Assembly: GCA_963805855.1 (NCBI GenBank)
Contig: CAWDVW010000005.1
Coordinates: 512,001-576,000 of the forward strand
Reading direction: 5' to 3'
From: Candidatus Dadabacteria bacterium
Lineage (GTDB): Bacteria; Desulfobacterota_D; UBA1144; Nemesobacterales; CSP1-2
DNA: 64,000 nucleotides
Position numbers and translations under genes: made by a program. Positions 20,694 to 29,710 of the stretch are shown here, in pieces. Under the pieces are notes generated by a model. The model saw only the letters and a list, made by a program, of their open reading frames with translations. It ran no database searches and had not been told where the DNA came from. Each line of letters starts with the position of its first letter. Positions within the stretch are counted from its first letter, which is position 1.

Positions 20694-22127
20694 CTACTCC
20701 TTAATCCCCGTAATCTTCTCCACATGCGCCATCCGCTCTTCGAGGTCGTACTTACGCATAATCTCAATCTTTTCGGCTTCAGGGGGGCCTCCGCCGACAA
20801 TGCTTATAACTGAGTACCAGCCTCCCTGATAGGAGGCCGTTATATCCTCCAGAAGCCTTGCGACTTTTAATCTATAATCAGCTGGTACGCCTTCCTTTCC
20901 CTTAAGATATTCAGTCAGTCTTGTTTTAATATCAGGAACCTCCATATCTTCGGGATATGGAGAGGTTACAAGTATGCCCCCCGCGATCTCATGCGACGCC
21001 TTGAACATATCATAGATATGGAGGCCCTGAAGGAGCTTTCCAATATTTGAATAAACAGGATCTGGGCAAAAATTGCCGGCTGGAGTTTCTTTCCCAAAAA
21101 CAGTTGATGTTACCCCGCATGCGTAGAAAGATTCAACATACTTAATTAGGTCTGTGATTTTGTGACGAATATGACTCACTTTATTAGGATCTAGACCATT
21201 ATATTCAGCCATCTTTGCAGAAGCTCCAATTATCATATCACCTAAACCGGCCCTGCACCCTATACAGCTAAGCCTGTGATGTGTAGCAAAAGATTCCGTA
21301 AGTGTTCCCGCAAATCGCCACTCACCAGCTAGAAATACCCTTTCCCAAGGGATAAATACGTCGTCGAACATTATCATTGCGGTAGCCTGACCGTACTTTG
21401 AAGACAATTCAGCACTTGAATCATTCGGCCTACCGGCCTCACGCGAAACCATTTCAATACCTTTTGCATCAACCGGAATAGCAAATGAAACTGCGTAATC
21501 TTTATCCTTATCGGTCATATTCCTAGTAGGCAGAACTATTATTTCATGTGTATAAGGCGCCCCGGTTACAATGGCCTTAATCCCTCTTACAATAATTCCC
21601 TTCTCATTATGTTCAACCATTCTAAGATAAAGATCCGGATTTATCTGTTCATGCGGTCTCTTGCTTCTATCACCCTTCGCATCCGTCATGGCAACACAAG
21701 TTGTCAGATCCTCATCTTGAACGTATTGTAAATAGCCAAGAAACCGCTGATGATATTCGGTATTCAAATCATGGTCTACTTTGTATGTGTTTTCATAAAG
21801 GGCGTTCAAAGCATCATGGGTCAAATACCTCTGTGCGCACCCGGCAGTTCGGCACAGAAGCCTAGTCATCTCTAGCTTTTTTAACAAATCATCTGTATTT
21901 GTGTTGATATGCAAAAGACGGCTTACATCCTTTCCGGATACATGAGATGTAGCAAGCATGATGTCATTAAATTCAGGGTTTTTACCATATTCATAGGTAA
22001 GTGATATGGCATTAACACCAGGTTTAAGCAAAGGCTCGTCCGGAACGCTTTTTACCTGTTTCCCTCGTATATAAACAATCGGCTTAAGTTTTCTCAGACT
22101 GCCAACATATTCTTCCGGAGTTTTGAT
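20694..22127 (-). CDS. 4-hydroxybutyryl-CoA dehydratase / HpaB family flavoprotein
   Basis: AMTDAKGDRSKRPHEQ, FDDVFIPWERVFL and HHRLSCIGC motifs. Family-like sequence extends upstream of the track's TTG to (I/M)KTPEEYVGSLRKLKP; probable ATC start at 22127. Confidence 0.85.
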   Translation of the reverse strand: MKTPEEYVGSLRKLKPIVYIRGKQVKSVPDEPLLKPGVNAISLTYEYGKNPEFNDIMLATSHVSGKDVSRLLHINTNTDDLLKKLEMTRLLCRTAGCAQRYLTHDALNALYENTYKVDHDLNTEYHQRFLGYLQYVQDEDLTTCVAMTDAKGDRSKRPHEQINPDLYLRMVEHNEKGIIVRGIKAIVTGAPYTHEIIVLPTRNMTDKDKDYAVSFAIPVDAKGIEMVSREAGRPNDSSAELSSKYGQATAMIMFDDVFIPWERVFLAGEWRFAGTLTESFATHHRLSCIGCRAGLGDMIIGASAKMAEYNGLDPNKVSHIRHKITDLIKYVESFYACGVTSTVFGKETPAGNFCPDPVYSNIGKLLQGLHIYDMFKASHEIAGGILVTSPYPEDMEVPDIKTRLTEYLKGKEGVPADYRLKVARLLEDITASYQGGWYSVISIVGGGPPEAEKIEIMRKYDLEERMAHVEKITGIKE

Positions 22128-22298
22128 TTCTGGTACCCCCTTGAGAAGTTAAAAAACCTATATTGGAGTATAGCAGTTTTTGATTATGTGTCGAATACTT
22201 GATTTCTTTAGGAACTAAATCAAGATAGTCGGAATATGCCCCTCGCCCGGAACCTAATCCAAGAGCGACGAGTATTTCCAGTTTACTCACATACAACC

Positions 22299-22562
22299 TC
22301 ACACTTCGACAGGCTCCGTGTGAACGGGTTCTTCGAACACTCACATCGAGACTTCTGATTTTGTCGAACTGCGCTGTCCAACAATAGGCGGGACTTTCTA
22401 GTCCCGCATAATGGTCAGATTGGAACATAGTTCTCATCTAAGAGCGACTTCCAGCAGGGAGAATAAAGTTGCTCCAAGCCTGCCCAGAGCCTAGTCGAAG
22501 GGATGGCGCTCCTACATTTTTTACAGTTGTAGCAGGCTTTGTCTAGAGTGCCCGACCGGGCT
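22299..22562. repeat. Cluster of REP-like palindromes (families A and C, plus a GTAG-type end)
   Basis: cacacttcgacaggctccgtgtgaacggg, ataggcgggactttctagtcccgcat, gcctgcccagagcctagtcgaaggg, and ggcgctcctaca (reverse complement TGTAGGAGCGCC). Confidence 0.8.
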
Positions 22563-22623
22563 CTATAAAGAAGGGAATTTACCCCCAACCCATTCCCTCA
22601 AAGATGTGAGAAAAATCATGAAA

Positions 22624-24015
22624 CTAAGCCTTGATTCTCTTCTTCCCGGGTTGCTTAGCCCTAACGCGCTTCTTTTCCGTTTTATAAGCAAATGGATCCT
22701 TAAGGTCTGGATGAAAGAGCTTGAAGTGGTTTACGTGCATGTCCGAATAAGAGCCGGGCGGATAATACTTATCGTAGAATTCGAGGTCTAAATGCATTGC
22801 CTGAAACACAAGACGCATGTACATCGGGTCAACGAATGCAGGGAACCTTCCATATGTGTCGTAAATGTAATTAGCAACGTCTTTTACAATCTGTATGGTC
22901 CTCTCAGTTGGTTTGGGGGCTTTCATTAGATGTTTATCGGGTTCGGAATAAGGAAATGGCTTATCCGGTTTCCAGGCCTCATTCTTGTGCTCGAAGAAGG
23001 AATCTATAGCCTCGCCCATGTTTTTGTAATATGGAGGACAATACGCTTCGAAAACCCCATCCCTTCCGACGGGCACCGTTGTGGGAGGATCTATCGCCCC
23101 CTTTTTGGGTTGAATAAACCTGAAACCCAATCCCTTGAATAATTGAGGCGCCGCGCCCATTGCAAATCTTGGAATGAAGCCACTGAATGTCCACCCTGCT
23201 AGGCCAAGCGCCTGAAGCGCTAGGCTCATGTTCTGACAGATAAATGCCTGCTCAACATTTAGTCCAGTAAGAATCCTTACTTCGAGATCAAAAAGGGATA
23301 ACTTAACCTGCTCCTTGAGTCTCCCCATCTTTACCCATTTTTCAATCCCTGCCGGCTTACCTGTCAGATCATCAATAATGGTAAATCCATAAGTACTGCT
23401 ACAATATAAAAGAAGCAGATTTATATATTCTTCCGTTATGTCAGTCACCGGTATGAATACTGATGTACCTGGCTTGTTTGTATTCCACTGATTGAAATTA
23501 AACAGACCCGGCATCTTATCGGGAAGCTGCGCCCTTCCGCCCTCTATCTTGACCAGACTTTCCCGATAGAGTTCCAGCACTCGCTGGATTTTCTCATTTC
23601 GGCTCATCTTAAAAAACACATCAAGTTCATGATTTTGAGGGAGCATTCGCTTAACGTCGATGTAATAAAGCCCCTTATCATTCGTAAAAAACAATTCCGT
23701 ACCATGGTTGTTACAAGCCGAAGGCCATGTACGTCCGGTCCACTGACAGAGCAGATCGATCCCAGTTTCGGGTGGAAGGTCTGCAAGGCAAAGTCCCGTT
23801 AGACCGGTTCCAGACCATACTAATAATGCCTCCTCCAATTCATCCAGTGGAACAGGCTCATAGTCGGAAGTAAATTCAAGGGTGGAATCTTTCAGCTCCA
23901 TTCCTAATCCGAATCGACGTGAACGTCTGTTAAATACTGCCTCAAAAAAGGGATACTTTAGGGCCTCTTCATAGCCCTTGTTCAAAATAGATTTAGGATT
24001 GCCTCTTTTTGCCAT
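22624..24015 (-). CDS. Conserved hypothetical protein, probable nitroreductase-like FMN-binding fold
   Basis: NRRSRRF, GRTWPSA and CQNMSLALQALGLAGW resemble nitroreductase/SagB-type motifs; GGAGG RBS. Confidence 0.7.
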   Translation of the reverse strand: MAKRGNPKSILNKGYEEALKYPFFEAVFNRRSRRFGLGMELKDSTLEFTSDYEPVPLDELEEALLVWSGTGLTGLCLADLPPETGIDLLCQWTGRTWPSACNNHGTELFFTNDKGLYYIDVKRMLPQNHELDVFFKMSRNEKIQRVLELYRESLVKIEGGRAQLPDKMPGLFNFNQWNTNKPGTSVFIPVTDITEEYINLLLLYCSSTYGFTIIDDLTGKPAGIEKWVKMGRLKEQVKLSLFDLEVRILTGLNVEQAFICQNMSLALQALGLAGWTFSGFIPRFAMGAAPQLFKGLGFRFIQPKKGAIDPPTTVPVGRDGVFEAYCPPYYKNMGEAIDSFFEHKNEAWKPDKPFPYSEPDKHLMKAPKPTERTIQIVKDVANYIYDTYGRFPAFVDPMYMRLVFQAMHLDLEFYDKYYPPGSYSDMHVNHFKLFHPDLKDPFAYKTEKKRVRAKQPGKKRIKA

Positions 24016-24272
24016 CTCGCTTCCTCCAAAGATCTATACGTTGACTAAATCAGAATTTATAATAATGAAACAAAACAATCAATCTAGACAGGTATCACCA
24101 ACGCCGTTTATACACAATATTATATGATAAACGGATTCGCAAAAAACTTGAAGTTTTCACAAGGTGAGGCATTAAAATATTCCAAATTGAAATAAATGTC
24201 AATATAACCCATTTTCAAACGTTTATTCCATTAGAGCTGAATTTATGACGCGTTGAATTTCGATATGATTTA

Positions 24273-24638
24273 TTAGCAGAAACACGAGACCCACGCATGG
24301 GACTTTTTCTCAGTGCTTCCGTCCCATAGTAAAGCTCCTGTGATTCTTTTCTCGATTAAATGAAACTGAAACGCTCGGGCTGCGTAAATGGGATCCCTCC
24401 AGCATGCTTCTGCCATTTTTTTATCCAGTTGTAATTGCCTCGTTCCCGGGGCAATACCGGTCTCCGTCAGCGAGTGATAATCATGACCATTCTGAGCATC
24501 GAAAGACTTCTTCGGGCTTCCGATGGGACCTCGCTGACTGAACCCCCAATGTCGTCGAGCCGAAACAGAATTGGCACACCAGATAAAGCCCCAGGGATTC
24601 ATGCCGCCATATGGGAAGGCATCTAACTCCAGTATCAT
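24273..24638 (-). pseudogene. Possible gene fragment or small hypothetical ORF
   Basis: 121-codon ORF, GC-richer than its flanks, with no clear RBS; upstream frames are broken by stops. Confidence 0.3.
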
Positions 24639-24917
24639 CGGAGTTGCATAATATTCATCAAAACATAATCCTTAGGTAATTTCCAACCAGTATATGAGTG
24701 CTATCAAATACAACCGCGAATCTCCAACAAAACTACGTTCTTAATCCTTTTGGAATAATTCCTCTTCAGATAGTAGAATCCAGCAAGAAACACAAATCGA
24801 ATTGCTCGAATTCGATAACAATTCGAATGATAGCTTTTAAGTCACTAATATCATTAATACTTATGCACTACAGGTCTTATACGATCATGCACTTTAACGT
24901 CAAACCCAAAAAAACAC

Positions 24918-24945
24918 TTGACAAACTTTTCAAAAGTGCTAGTAT
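24918..24945 (+). promoter_or_regulatory. Strong sigma70-type promoter with no downstream CDS
   Basis: TTGACA-16 nt-TAGTAT with an extended -10 TG. Confidence 0.65.
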
Positions 24946-24951
24946 GAAACC

Positions 24952-25170
24952 AATGGGGTAGAAAGTACTATAGAGCTAGGACATAACCGAAAGGGCATAA
25001 TCTGTAAAGAAAGGATCAGACGAATTTCGTTCCCTGAGACCAGAAGTTTCGGGCTACGACGCTCGGGTACTAAGTCGGATACACTGGCTACACCCTCCTA
25101 TCATGATGCTTTTTCTCTGTGCGTACAGCGCCCTCCGTTATCAGGAATGAGAGAAGTTATTCATGTTAAT
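24952..25170 (+). ncRNA. Candidate novel structured ncRNA
   Basis: Nested pairings GGGGTAG/CTAC(A)CCC, AGTACT/GGTACT, GAGC/GCTC and TAG/CTA; internal hairpins CC-GAAA-GG, TCTG/CAGA, GAA-tttcg-TTC and CCTGAGAC/GTTTCGGG. Confidence 0.5.
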
Positions 25171-25226
25171 AATTCTTAACCCCCTTTAGAATCGTGGAAA
25201 TACATCATCTATTAATGTGATAGCAA

Positions 25227-25637
25227 TTATTTAGCTAGCAATACAACTGTTAGGATGGCAAAAACAATTCCCAAAATCTCTCTCAAGTCTAATCGCTCAT
25301 GCAAAACAATCACACCCAGGATCACTGTGACCGCAGGATAGACTGCTGTCAGAGGAACGAGGGCAGAGAGCTTTGCCGGTTGTAAGGCAATAATAAAAAT
25401 TATTGTCCCTATTCCCCATGTTAGCCCCATTAGCAAAGCATATGGGTTTACGGCGAAACCCGTAAAGATTTCGTGCCTTTTAAATATGATCAATGAGGTT
25501 AAAACCGTTATGGTTCCAATTCCCTCGAAAAAATAGACACGATATGGAATATCCCTCATCAAGGCAATCTTTCCGAAAAAGCTTCCAAGCCCCCACATAG
25601 TTGTAGCAATAATTGCAAATATAACCCATCTTTCCAT
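25227..25637 (-). CDS. EamA/DMT family small transporter
   Basis: Hydrophobic 136-aa protein with WGLGSFFGK, PLTAVYP and LHERL motifs. Confidence 0.85.
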   Translation of the reverse strand: MERWVIFAIIATTMWGLGSFFGKIALMRDIPYRVYFFEGIGTITVLTSLIIFKRHEIFTGFAVNPYALLMGLTWGIGTIIFIIALQPAKLSALVPLTAVYPAVTVILGVIVLHERLDLREILGIVFAILTVVLLAK

Positions 25638-25900
25638 TTTGTTTGTCCTTTAAGATTTATTTTAAACCCCAATTGTATAAAAAAAGATAAAGGTTATCAA
25701 CCATCGCAGCTGTTCACATTTAGATTTAGTTTCGTGGTTCAATCTTTGAATGGACACATTTGAAAATACGCTTTCACATTTTAAATACCTTTACCTAGAA
25801 GGATGGAATTTTTAAATTCTATTTAAATATTTTCAACAACAAAATCAAAATAGCCGTATACTTTTCACCAGAAATCAAATTCAAGGGAGGTAGGAACACC

Positions 25901-26173
25901 ATGAAGAAACTCAGATTGTTTCTTTTAGTTTCTTTGTCGATCTTTCTTTTCACCTCATACGGCTTATCACAAGCCGCGCCCGTCGATTTAAATGAAGCTT
26001 CAGTTGAGCAACTCGCCGAACTGCCCGGAATAGGTGAGGCTACTGCAAAAAGGATAGTCGAATACAGGGAGCAGAACGGCAAGTTCGAAACGACTGAAGA
26101 CATAATGAATGTAAAGGGCATAGGTGAAAAGAAATACCAAACGCTGAAAGACTTGATTACAGTAAGTAATTAA
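25901..26173 (+). CDS. comEA: ComEA-like helix-hairpin-helix DNA-binding protein with signal peptide
   Basis: VDLNEAS..L..LPGIG...AKRIVEYR...G.F...EDIMNVKGIGEK. Confidence 0.88.
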   Translation: MKKLRLFLLVSLSIFLFTSYGLSQAAPVDLNEASVEQLAELPGIGEATAKRIVEYREQNGKFETTEDIMNVKGIGEKKYQTLKDLITVSN

Positions 26174-26253
26174 GTGCTTGACATAAGAATCATCAACATA
26201 TGATTCTCACCCAATATAATCAGAAGGGATTTTATTAAATTCCTTAACGAGAC

Positions 26254-26293
26254 GTTTATTCTGTTGAGCATATAACTGCTCAACAGAATAAAC
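26254..26293. terminator. Perfect 17-bp inverted repeat (terminator-like)
   Basis: GTTTATTCTGTTGAGCA-tataac-TGCTCAACAGAATAAAC. Confidence 0.6.
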
Positions 26294-26441
26294 TGATACC
26301 CTTCGCGACCTAAAAACTCTAATCTTTTCAAATCATGTTATAATAAGTCGAGTAATAGTCATAGGAATCTTGATAATTATTGATCATATCGCGTTCAGAA
26401 TCCTGTGTTAAAATATTGTTTTAACCAGGAGGAGAAATTAC

Positions 26442-26906
26442 ATGAAGAGACTTAAGCCATTTATTTCGAAACATCCTCTTTTTAAGGGCCTAAATAAAAG
26501 CTACCTCGATCTAATTTTAGCGTGTTCATCGGAAGCGAGGTTTGATTCTGGTAAGATTATATTCCGCGAAGGTGAAAAGGCAAAGACGTTCTATATTATT
26601 TTGCAAGGCAAGGTTGCTCTAGAGGCATTAATGGCGCCAGAAAGGAATCCCATTATAGTTCTTAACCTCGGTGAAAACGACGTACTTGGGTGGTCTTGGT
26701 TATTTCCTCCACACCGATGGCATTTTGACGCGCGAGCTATAACACTTACAAAAGCGATTTCAATCGACGGTGATAAAATCAGGAAACACTGCGAGGATGA
26801 CCATGATTTGGGCTATGAACTGATGAAAAGATTTGCCAAGATAATAGAGCAGAGACTACGATCACTCAGGTCACAAAATCCAAATATGTACGCGATCCAT
26901 GCCTGA
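26442..26906 (+). CDS. Stand-alone cyclic-nucleotide-binding domain protein
   Basis: IFREGEKA..FYII..GKV and LGWSWLFPPHRWHFDARA motifs; no HTH domain. Confidence 0.85.
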   Translation: MKRLKPFISKHPLFKGLNKSYLDLILACSSEARFDSGKIIFREGEKAKTFYIILQGKVALEALMAPERNPIIVLNLGENDVLGWSWLFPPHRWHFDARAITLTKAISIDGDKIRKHCEDDHDLGYELMKRFAKIIEQRLRSLRSQNPNMYAIHA

Positions 26907-27035
26907 CCCAGGGAATTTGATTTTGAGATTTCTCCACAAAGATGAAAAATCAGGCTCTGACTGAGGCTTAGAACAGGCTGGTTATACCTTGTAATTAATT
27001 GCGACAAGAAAAACGGTCATGGTTAGGTATGGTTG

Positions 27036-27467
27036 TTAATTGTTTGCTAAGCGTCTTTCCTTCTCAATCTCGGCTATCGTCGTTTGCTTACGCCATTCCT
27101 TTATTGCTTGCTTTATTGTCGTAATGCCAAGAGTGGCACAGCGGGGACGTGTTAATGCCAGGTCCTTCCCAATCAAATCTGTGACAACATCTGGATTCAT
27201 CTTCTCCACCTCTTCAGCGGTTTTACCCAAAACAATATCGGTAATCATAGACGTAGTAGCTTGGCTTAATATGCAACCCTCTCCATCGAAAGACACATCT
27301 CCAATCCTTCCGTCATCATCGAGTTTGAGATAAATTGTAATAATGTCACCACATCCAGGATTACCACCCTTCTGGACTACATCCGAATCCTCACGAGCCC
27401 CATAATGCCTGGGATTCTCGTAATGGTCCAATATAACTTGCATGAGCTCTTCACGATCCATTTCCAT
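27036..27467 (-). CDS. SufU/IscU-type Fe-S scaffold or sulfur-transfer protein
   Basis: ILDHYENPRHYG, NPGCGD, GEGCILSQA and RPRCA motifs. Confidence 0.88.
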   Translation of the reverse strand: MEMDREELMQVILDHYENPRHYGAREDSDVVQKGGNPGCGDIITIYLKLDDDGRIGDVSFDGEGCILSQATTSMITDIVLGKTAEEVEKMNPDVVTDLIGKDLALTRPRCATLGITTIKQAIKEWRKQTTIAEIEKERRLANN

Positions 27468-27568
27468 AGCTGAAAATATAACCTAGAAATTTACTTAATA
27501 AAAAAAACGTGCAATTCTATTTTGCGCGCGTATTCAGGTTTGTACATGCCCGGCACCATGTGTGCCAA

Positions 27569-28414
27569 TTAAGGTCTTTCAATTGGGGCCTTTACAAGGT
27601 TGCCCCACTCTGTCCATGACCCATCATAGTTCTTCACATTTTCGAAGCCCAGTAGATAAGTCAATACAAACCAGGTGTGAGAAGACCTCTCCCCTATTCG
27701 ACAGTATGCTATTACGTTATCACCTTGTTTTAAACCAACTTCTCCTTCATAAATCGCCTTAAGTTCATCCGCCGATTTAAACGTCCCATCCTCGTTTGCT
27801 GCCCGCGCCCAGGGAACATTTTTCGCTCCAGGTATGTGCCCTCCCCTCAATGCCCCCTCTTGGGGATAAGCTTCCATGTGAAGAAGCTCTCCAGTAAATT
27901 CCTTTGGTGAACGAACATCGATTAAAGGATTTTTAGATCCCATATGCTTCATTACGTCATCACGAAATGCCCGTATGGCTTCATTGGTCCCGGTAACCTT
28001 GTAATTGGTTCTTGGGTAACTTGGCACATCCTTGGACAGAGGGCGCTTCTCTTGAATCCATTTTTGCCTGCCACCATTCATGATCAAACACTTATCGTGC
28101 CCCATCACGTTAAATGTCCAAAAAGCGTAGCAGGCCCACCAATTGCTTTTATCACCGTAAAATACTACTGTGCTGTCATTCGCAATTCCTTTCTCTGACA
28201 TCAATTTCTCAAAATTCTCCTTGCTAACATAATCCCTTATCACTTCATCTTGCAGCTCGGTTTGCCAGTCAATCTTCAAAGCGCCTGGCACATGACCAAC
28301 ATCATAAAGCAGTACGTCTTCATCAGATTCCACAATTCTGATGTTAGGATCATTTACATTATCTTCAACCCACTGAGTACTAACCAAAACGTCTGGATGG
28401 GCATATTCGGACAT
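27569..28414 (-). CDS. Two-domain thiosulfate sulfurtransferase (rhodanese, SseA/CysA type)
   Basis: GHVPGA, GGHIPGA, active-site YCRIGERS and YDGSWTEWG motifs. Confidence 0.95.
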   Translation of the reverse strand: MSEYAHPDVLVSTQWVEDNVNDPNIRIVESDEDVLLYDVGHVPGALKIDWQTELQDEVIRDYVSKENFEKLMSEKGIANDSTVVFYGDKSNWWACYAFWTFNVMGHDKCLIMNGGRQKWIQEKRPLSKDVPSYPRTNYKVTGTNEAIRAFRDDVMKHMGSKNPLIDVRSPKEFTGELLHMEAYPQEGALRGGHIPGAKNVPWARAANEDGTFKSADELKAIYEGEVGLKQGDNVIAYCRIGERSSHTWFVLTYLLGFENVKNYDGSWTEWGNLVKAPIERP

Positions 28415-28731
28415 ATACCTACCTCCTCTATATTTTGATTGATTTTAGATTAAAAAACCCCCGCTGAGTTTCAGAATATAAGATTATAGACATTGTCGCG
28501 GACAAAATCAACAATAACTCCTGCATTTAAGCCTTGTAGTATTATTTTTTATCAAGTTACAACCATGATGAAATAAACATCATAAGAACCTCGTTCTATT
28601 GCGAAGAGAATCGGACATCCAAGAAAAAAATCAATCCAGGTTCTTTATTTTTAAATTTTATGCTAAGATAAAAGGTATAGGCAGGGGTTTAGTTAAGCAA
28701 AAGTCTGTAATATCAACATAGGAGGGCGTCC

Positions 28732-29199
28732 ATGTTAAAAAATCTAAAAGTCAGAGACTTGATAGGAAAGAGGGATAAGATCTACTTTGTGGATGCTGAA
28801 GACACAACTGATGTTGCGGCCCTTAAGCTAAAGAACTTTAAAGTAAGAACCATCGGTGTGAGAAGAAAGGGAGAAATAGTCGGTGTTGTGGGACAGAGTG
28901 ACTTCTCGAATAATGTAGTTGCCATGGGAAGGAATCCATCCGAAGTAAAGGTAGAAGATATTATGACAACCGACATGTGTACAGTAGGGCTTGACTCTTC
29001 ATTCTATGAATGTCTGGAACTGATGGACACAAACAACATCTCCCACCTGATGATTCTCGATGAGGACGGGAAATACTACGGAATGCTGTCATTGAAAGAT
29101 CTCAAGGAAAGGTTGGTTAATGAATTGAAATACCAGCTCGAAATAACCCAAGAATATGCTTTTGGGCCTCACGTTAAAAACATCGATATAAGCAGTTGA
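28732..29199 (+). CDS. CBS domain pair protein
   Basis: Two CBS repeats (VKVEDIMT; ISHLMILDEDGKYYGMLS). Confidence 0.85.
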   Translation: MLKNLKVRDLIGKRDKIYFVDAEDTTDVAALKLKNFKVRTIGVRRKGEIVGVVGQSDFSNNVVAMGRNPSEVKVEDIMTTDMCTVGLDSSFYECLELMDTNNISHLMILDEDGKYYGMLSLKDLKERLVNELKYQLEITQEYAFGPHVKNIDISS

Positions 29200-29413
29200 A
29201 ATCTGTCTCAGACTTCCGAAAAGATATTCAAAATAATCCAAATTGGTCTTAGCAGTGATTAATGATATCAAGATGATGTTGTTTATTAGCCAATTACACC
29301 ATCCTTATAATTTAAAAAATCTCTTGATTGAATAGTTATTTCGAGTCGTGAATTTCTTCCGATGTTAAATTGTTTCTTTAATTTGTCATAACGATCCACA
29401 AACAGGAAACCCC

Positions 29414-29707
29414 ATGACAATGAGGCATAGAAAGCTCAAAATCAAAAGACAACATGGTATGATAAAGGGACTAGAAAAGTTTCTAGAAGAAAACATCTCA
29501 ACCCTTGAATTTGTCGATGGAATATTACCAGGTGAGATAAAGGTTAGTAGCGCTACCGGCGAGAAGCTGATCGTAAAATACAAATATCGTACCATTAGTG
29601 GCGCAAAGCTAATTGCAAAGAGTGGAACCTCGATTCAAGAAATCTTTGTTGTTACGAGATCCCCTGATAAGCTTAAAGATGTGGTTCGAGATTTAGAGGT
29701 CGCATAG
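29414..29707 (+). CDS. DUF2103-like small protein
   Basis: KRQHGMIKGL...ILPGEI...GAKLIAKSGTSIQEIFVVT. Confidence 0.75.
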   Translation: MTMRHRKLKIKRQHGMIKGLEKFLEENISTLEFVDGILPGEIKVSSATGEKLIVKYKYRTISGAKLIAKSGTSIQEIFVVTRSPDKLKDVVRDLEVA

Positions 29708-29710
29708 TTT

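Noticed and set aside
22084-22437. 117-aa ORF in the track (similarly 9303-9542 and 55284-55643)
   Set aside because: These run through REP-like palindromes, lack an RBS and show no protein motifs, so they are probably spurious.
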